Below, in pieces: positions 62,203-64,000 of a stretch of 64,000 nt of DNA; within the stretch, counting starts at the first letter, position 1; each line of letters opens with the position of its first letter. Source of the stretch: Squalus acanthias. Its lineage: Eukaryota. The stretch spans positions 70,124,001 to 70,188,000 of the forward strand of contig CM059438.1 of NCBI GenBank assembly GCA_030390025.1, in the 5' to 3' direction. The notes under the pieces were generated by a model, which did no database searches, was not told the DNA's origin, and was given only the letters and a program-made list of their open reading frames with translations. A program made the translations under genes and the position numbers.

Positions 62203-63791
62203 GAGTATATTTGTTCCTGTCTTTTTGTGTTCTTGTATGATTAGATCCATTCACAAAAATTAGTTTTTCCACAGTTTTGATTCTAGTTTTAATAAATAGA
62301 ATGGTGGGTTGGCTGTTACTTAGATGAGAAAGTCACTGATTTCAATAATATAAAATAAGAGGAGAGCACCAGACAGCTGCTCATGGGGCTGTGCATAATA
62401 GTTACATGGTACAACTTATAAGGTCTCCAATGTAACCGGGGAGGATCCTTGTGTAGTTAACAAAGTAGATATATTCAATTGTAAAGGATTTCAATGGAAT
62501 TAGCTTGATTTCACTCTGTGTGACACTAGTATAATACGTGTAGCTTCATTTTGTTTGATGCAGCTGTTTTGCCCCAAAGCTGCTAAAGCTTCACATTTGG
62601 AAAGCACTGTTTGAAGCCCAAACATCCTGTGTATTTGTCATTCTGATCTAAACCAATGCATTAACAGTAATGTGACAATGTTTCCTGTCATCAGTGAAGT
62701 TAGTGATGCCCAGCACTGTAATCAGATGAAAGTATTACTCATACTATTAACGCTGAATTCTTTAGACGTGTTTTCAGACACTCCCACTCAATTGCCTATG
62801 GAATAATTTTAAGATGTAATTATTAATTGAATAACAGCAATGCATTTAAATTATACTGAAACTATTCTTCTTTTGAGAAAGTAGTGTGAAGTGCCAAGGG
62901 CCACAATGCAAGACATCATCAAGGCTGAAAAATGTAAATGGCAATGAGGAAAATCAATTAGCATTGTTTAGGTGATAGCAGGCTTTGCTTCTGACCTGCT
63001 TGTAAATATTTGCTTATTGTTCACTTTGTCATTCTTGTGTAAAACTATCGATATGTTCCCAGTTTGGTGCATGTTGGATAGCCCTCCCATAGTGAGACAT
63101 GGAAAAATCAACACTACAAATCCAATAAGCTTTTCATATACATGCAATGTTAATTGTAATTAATTAATGTTAATCTTCCTCCTTCCTGCATCCTCACTGT
63201 TGAAATTAAGACTCATCGCATCTTCTCCTCCCTTATGGCATCTATTCCAGGACCTGAAAACTGTACGGGCTCCTTGTGTCACTCGTTTTCTCCTTCCTTC
63301 TACAATCTTTAGGTTTTTAAAACCTAATCACCAAAGCACTACTAGTTAATTTTGCTTGTTGTTTTCCACTTTTTTCAGCCGTGGTAGTGTCCTACACTAT
63401 GTCCCTTGCTGTTCAAACTGATTTATCAATATATAAATAAAAAATACTTTTAGTATAATTCAAATGTATTGTTATTGCAGTGTTGTCCAATAGAAATCAC
63501 TGACTAGCCACAAGCATGGCTGTGGTGACACCATTTAGCCACATGCACTAATTTTAGTAGACACCTTACGGGTAAATGTACACGTATATTTACTTAAACA
63601 TCTACCATTATGCAGTCCGATTGTTTGCAGTCTTTCTCTTTCAGTAAAGTTTAGAATTCTGGCAATGAGTTTATCAGACACAGCACATCTGAGTACAGCT
63701 TCTAGGTTTTTGTCTTGCAGTTGCGAGTGCAACTTTGACTTCATCAGTGTGATCGCTGAGAACGTTGACTTGCACAGTGAGGCAAGCCAGA

Positions 63792-64000
63792 CATAGGAAC
63801 ATAGAAACAGGAGTAGGCCATTAAGCCCCTCGAGCCTGTTCTGCCATTCAATGAGATCATGACTGATCTGCGACCTCACTCCATATACCCGCCTTTGGCC
63901 CATATCCTTTAATACCTTTGGTTAACAAAAAGCTATCAATCTCAGATTTAAAATTAACAATTGATCTAGCATCAATTGCTGTTTGCGGAAGAGAGTTCCA
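63792..64000 (-). mobile_element. CR1 LINE 3' end, running off the window
   Basis: cataggaacatagaaacaggagtaggcc tail; WNSLPQTAIDA on the minus strand. Confidence 0.88.

Overview
This is repeat-dense eukaryotic (vertebrate) genomic DNA, most likely from a cartilaginous fish. That assignment is an inference from the mix of DeuSINE/SacSINE1-like SINEs, CR1/L2 LINEs and Penelope-like elements. I could not identify any host protein-coding exon, RNA gene or CRISPR array, and nearly all longer ORFs are transposon-derived. Contents: (1) the 3' part of a decayed Ty3/Gypsy element lacking integrase, with its PPT and 3' LTR; (2) six Penelope-like element (PLE) insertions, including one PLE nested in another, each with an inverted terminal copy and its own TSD, and carrying minimal hammerhead-ribozyme motifs; (3) many 5'-truncated CR1, L2, RTE and old L1-like LINEs; (4) two tRNA-like SINE families whose 3' tails match LINEs in the same window; (5) an internally deleted PIF/Harbinger element with a Myb/SANT remnant, plus a family of ~700-770 bp MITEs with 3-bp TSDs carrying a conserved run of hairpins. 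A minus-strand bias of the retroelements suggests the window may lie in a large intron of a plus-strand gene. I see no convincing wholly new system. The most interesting items are the PLE-hammerhead architecture and the hairpin-array MITE family. Coordinates of degenerate repeats are approximate.
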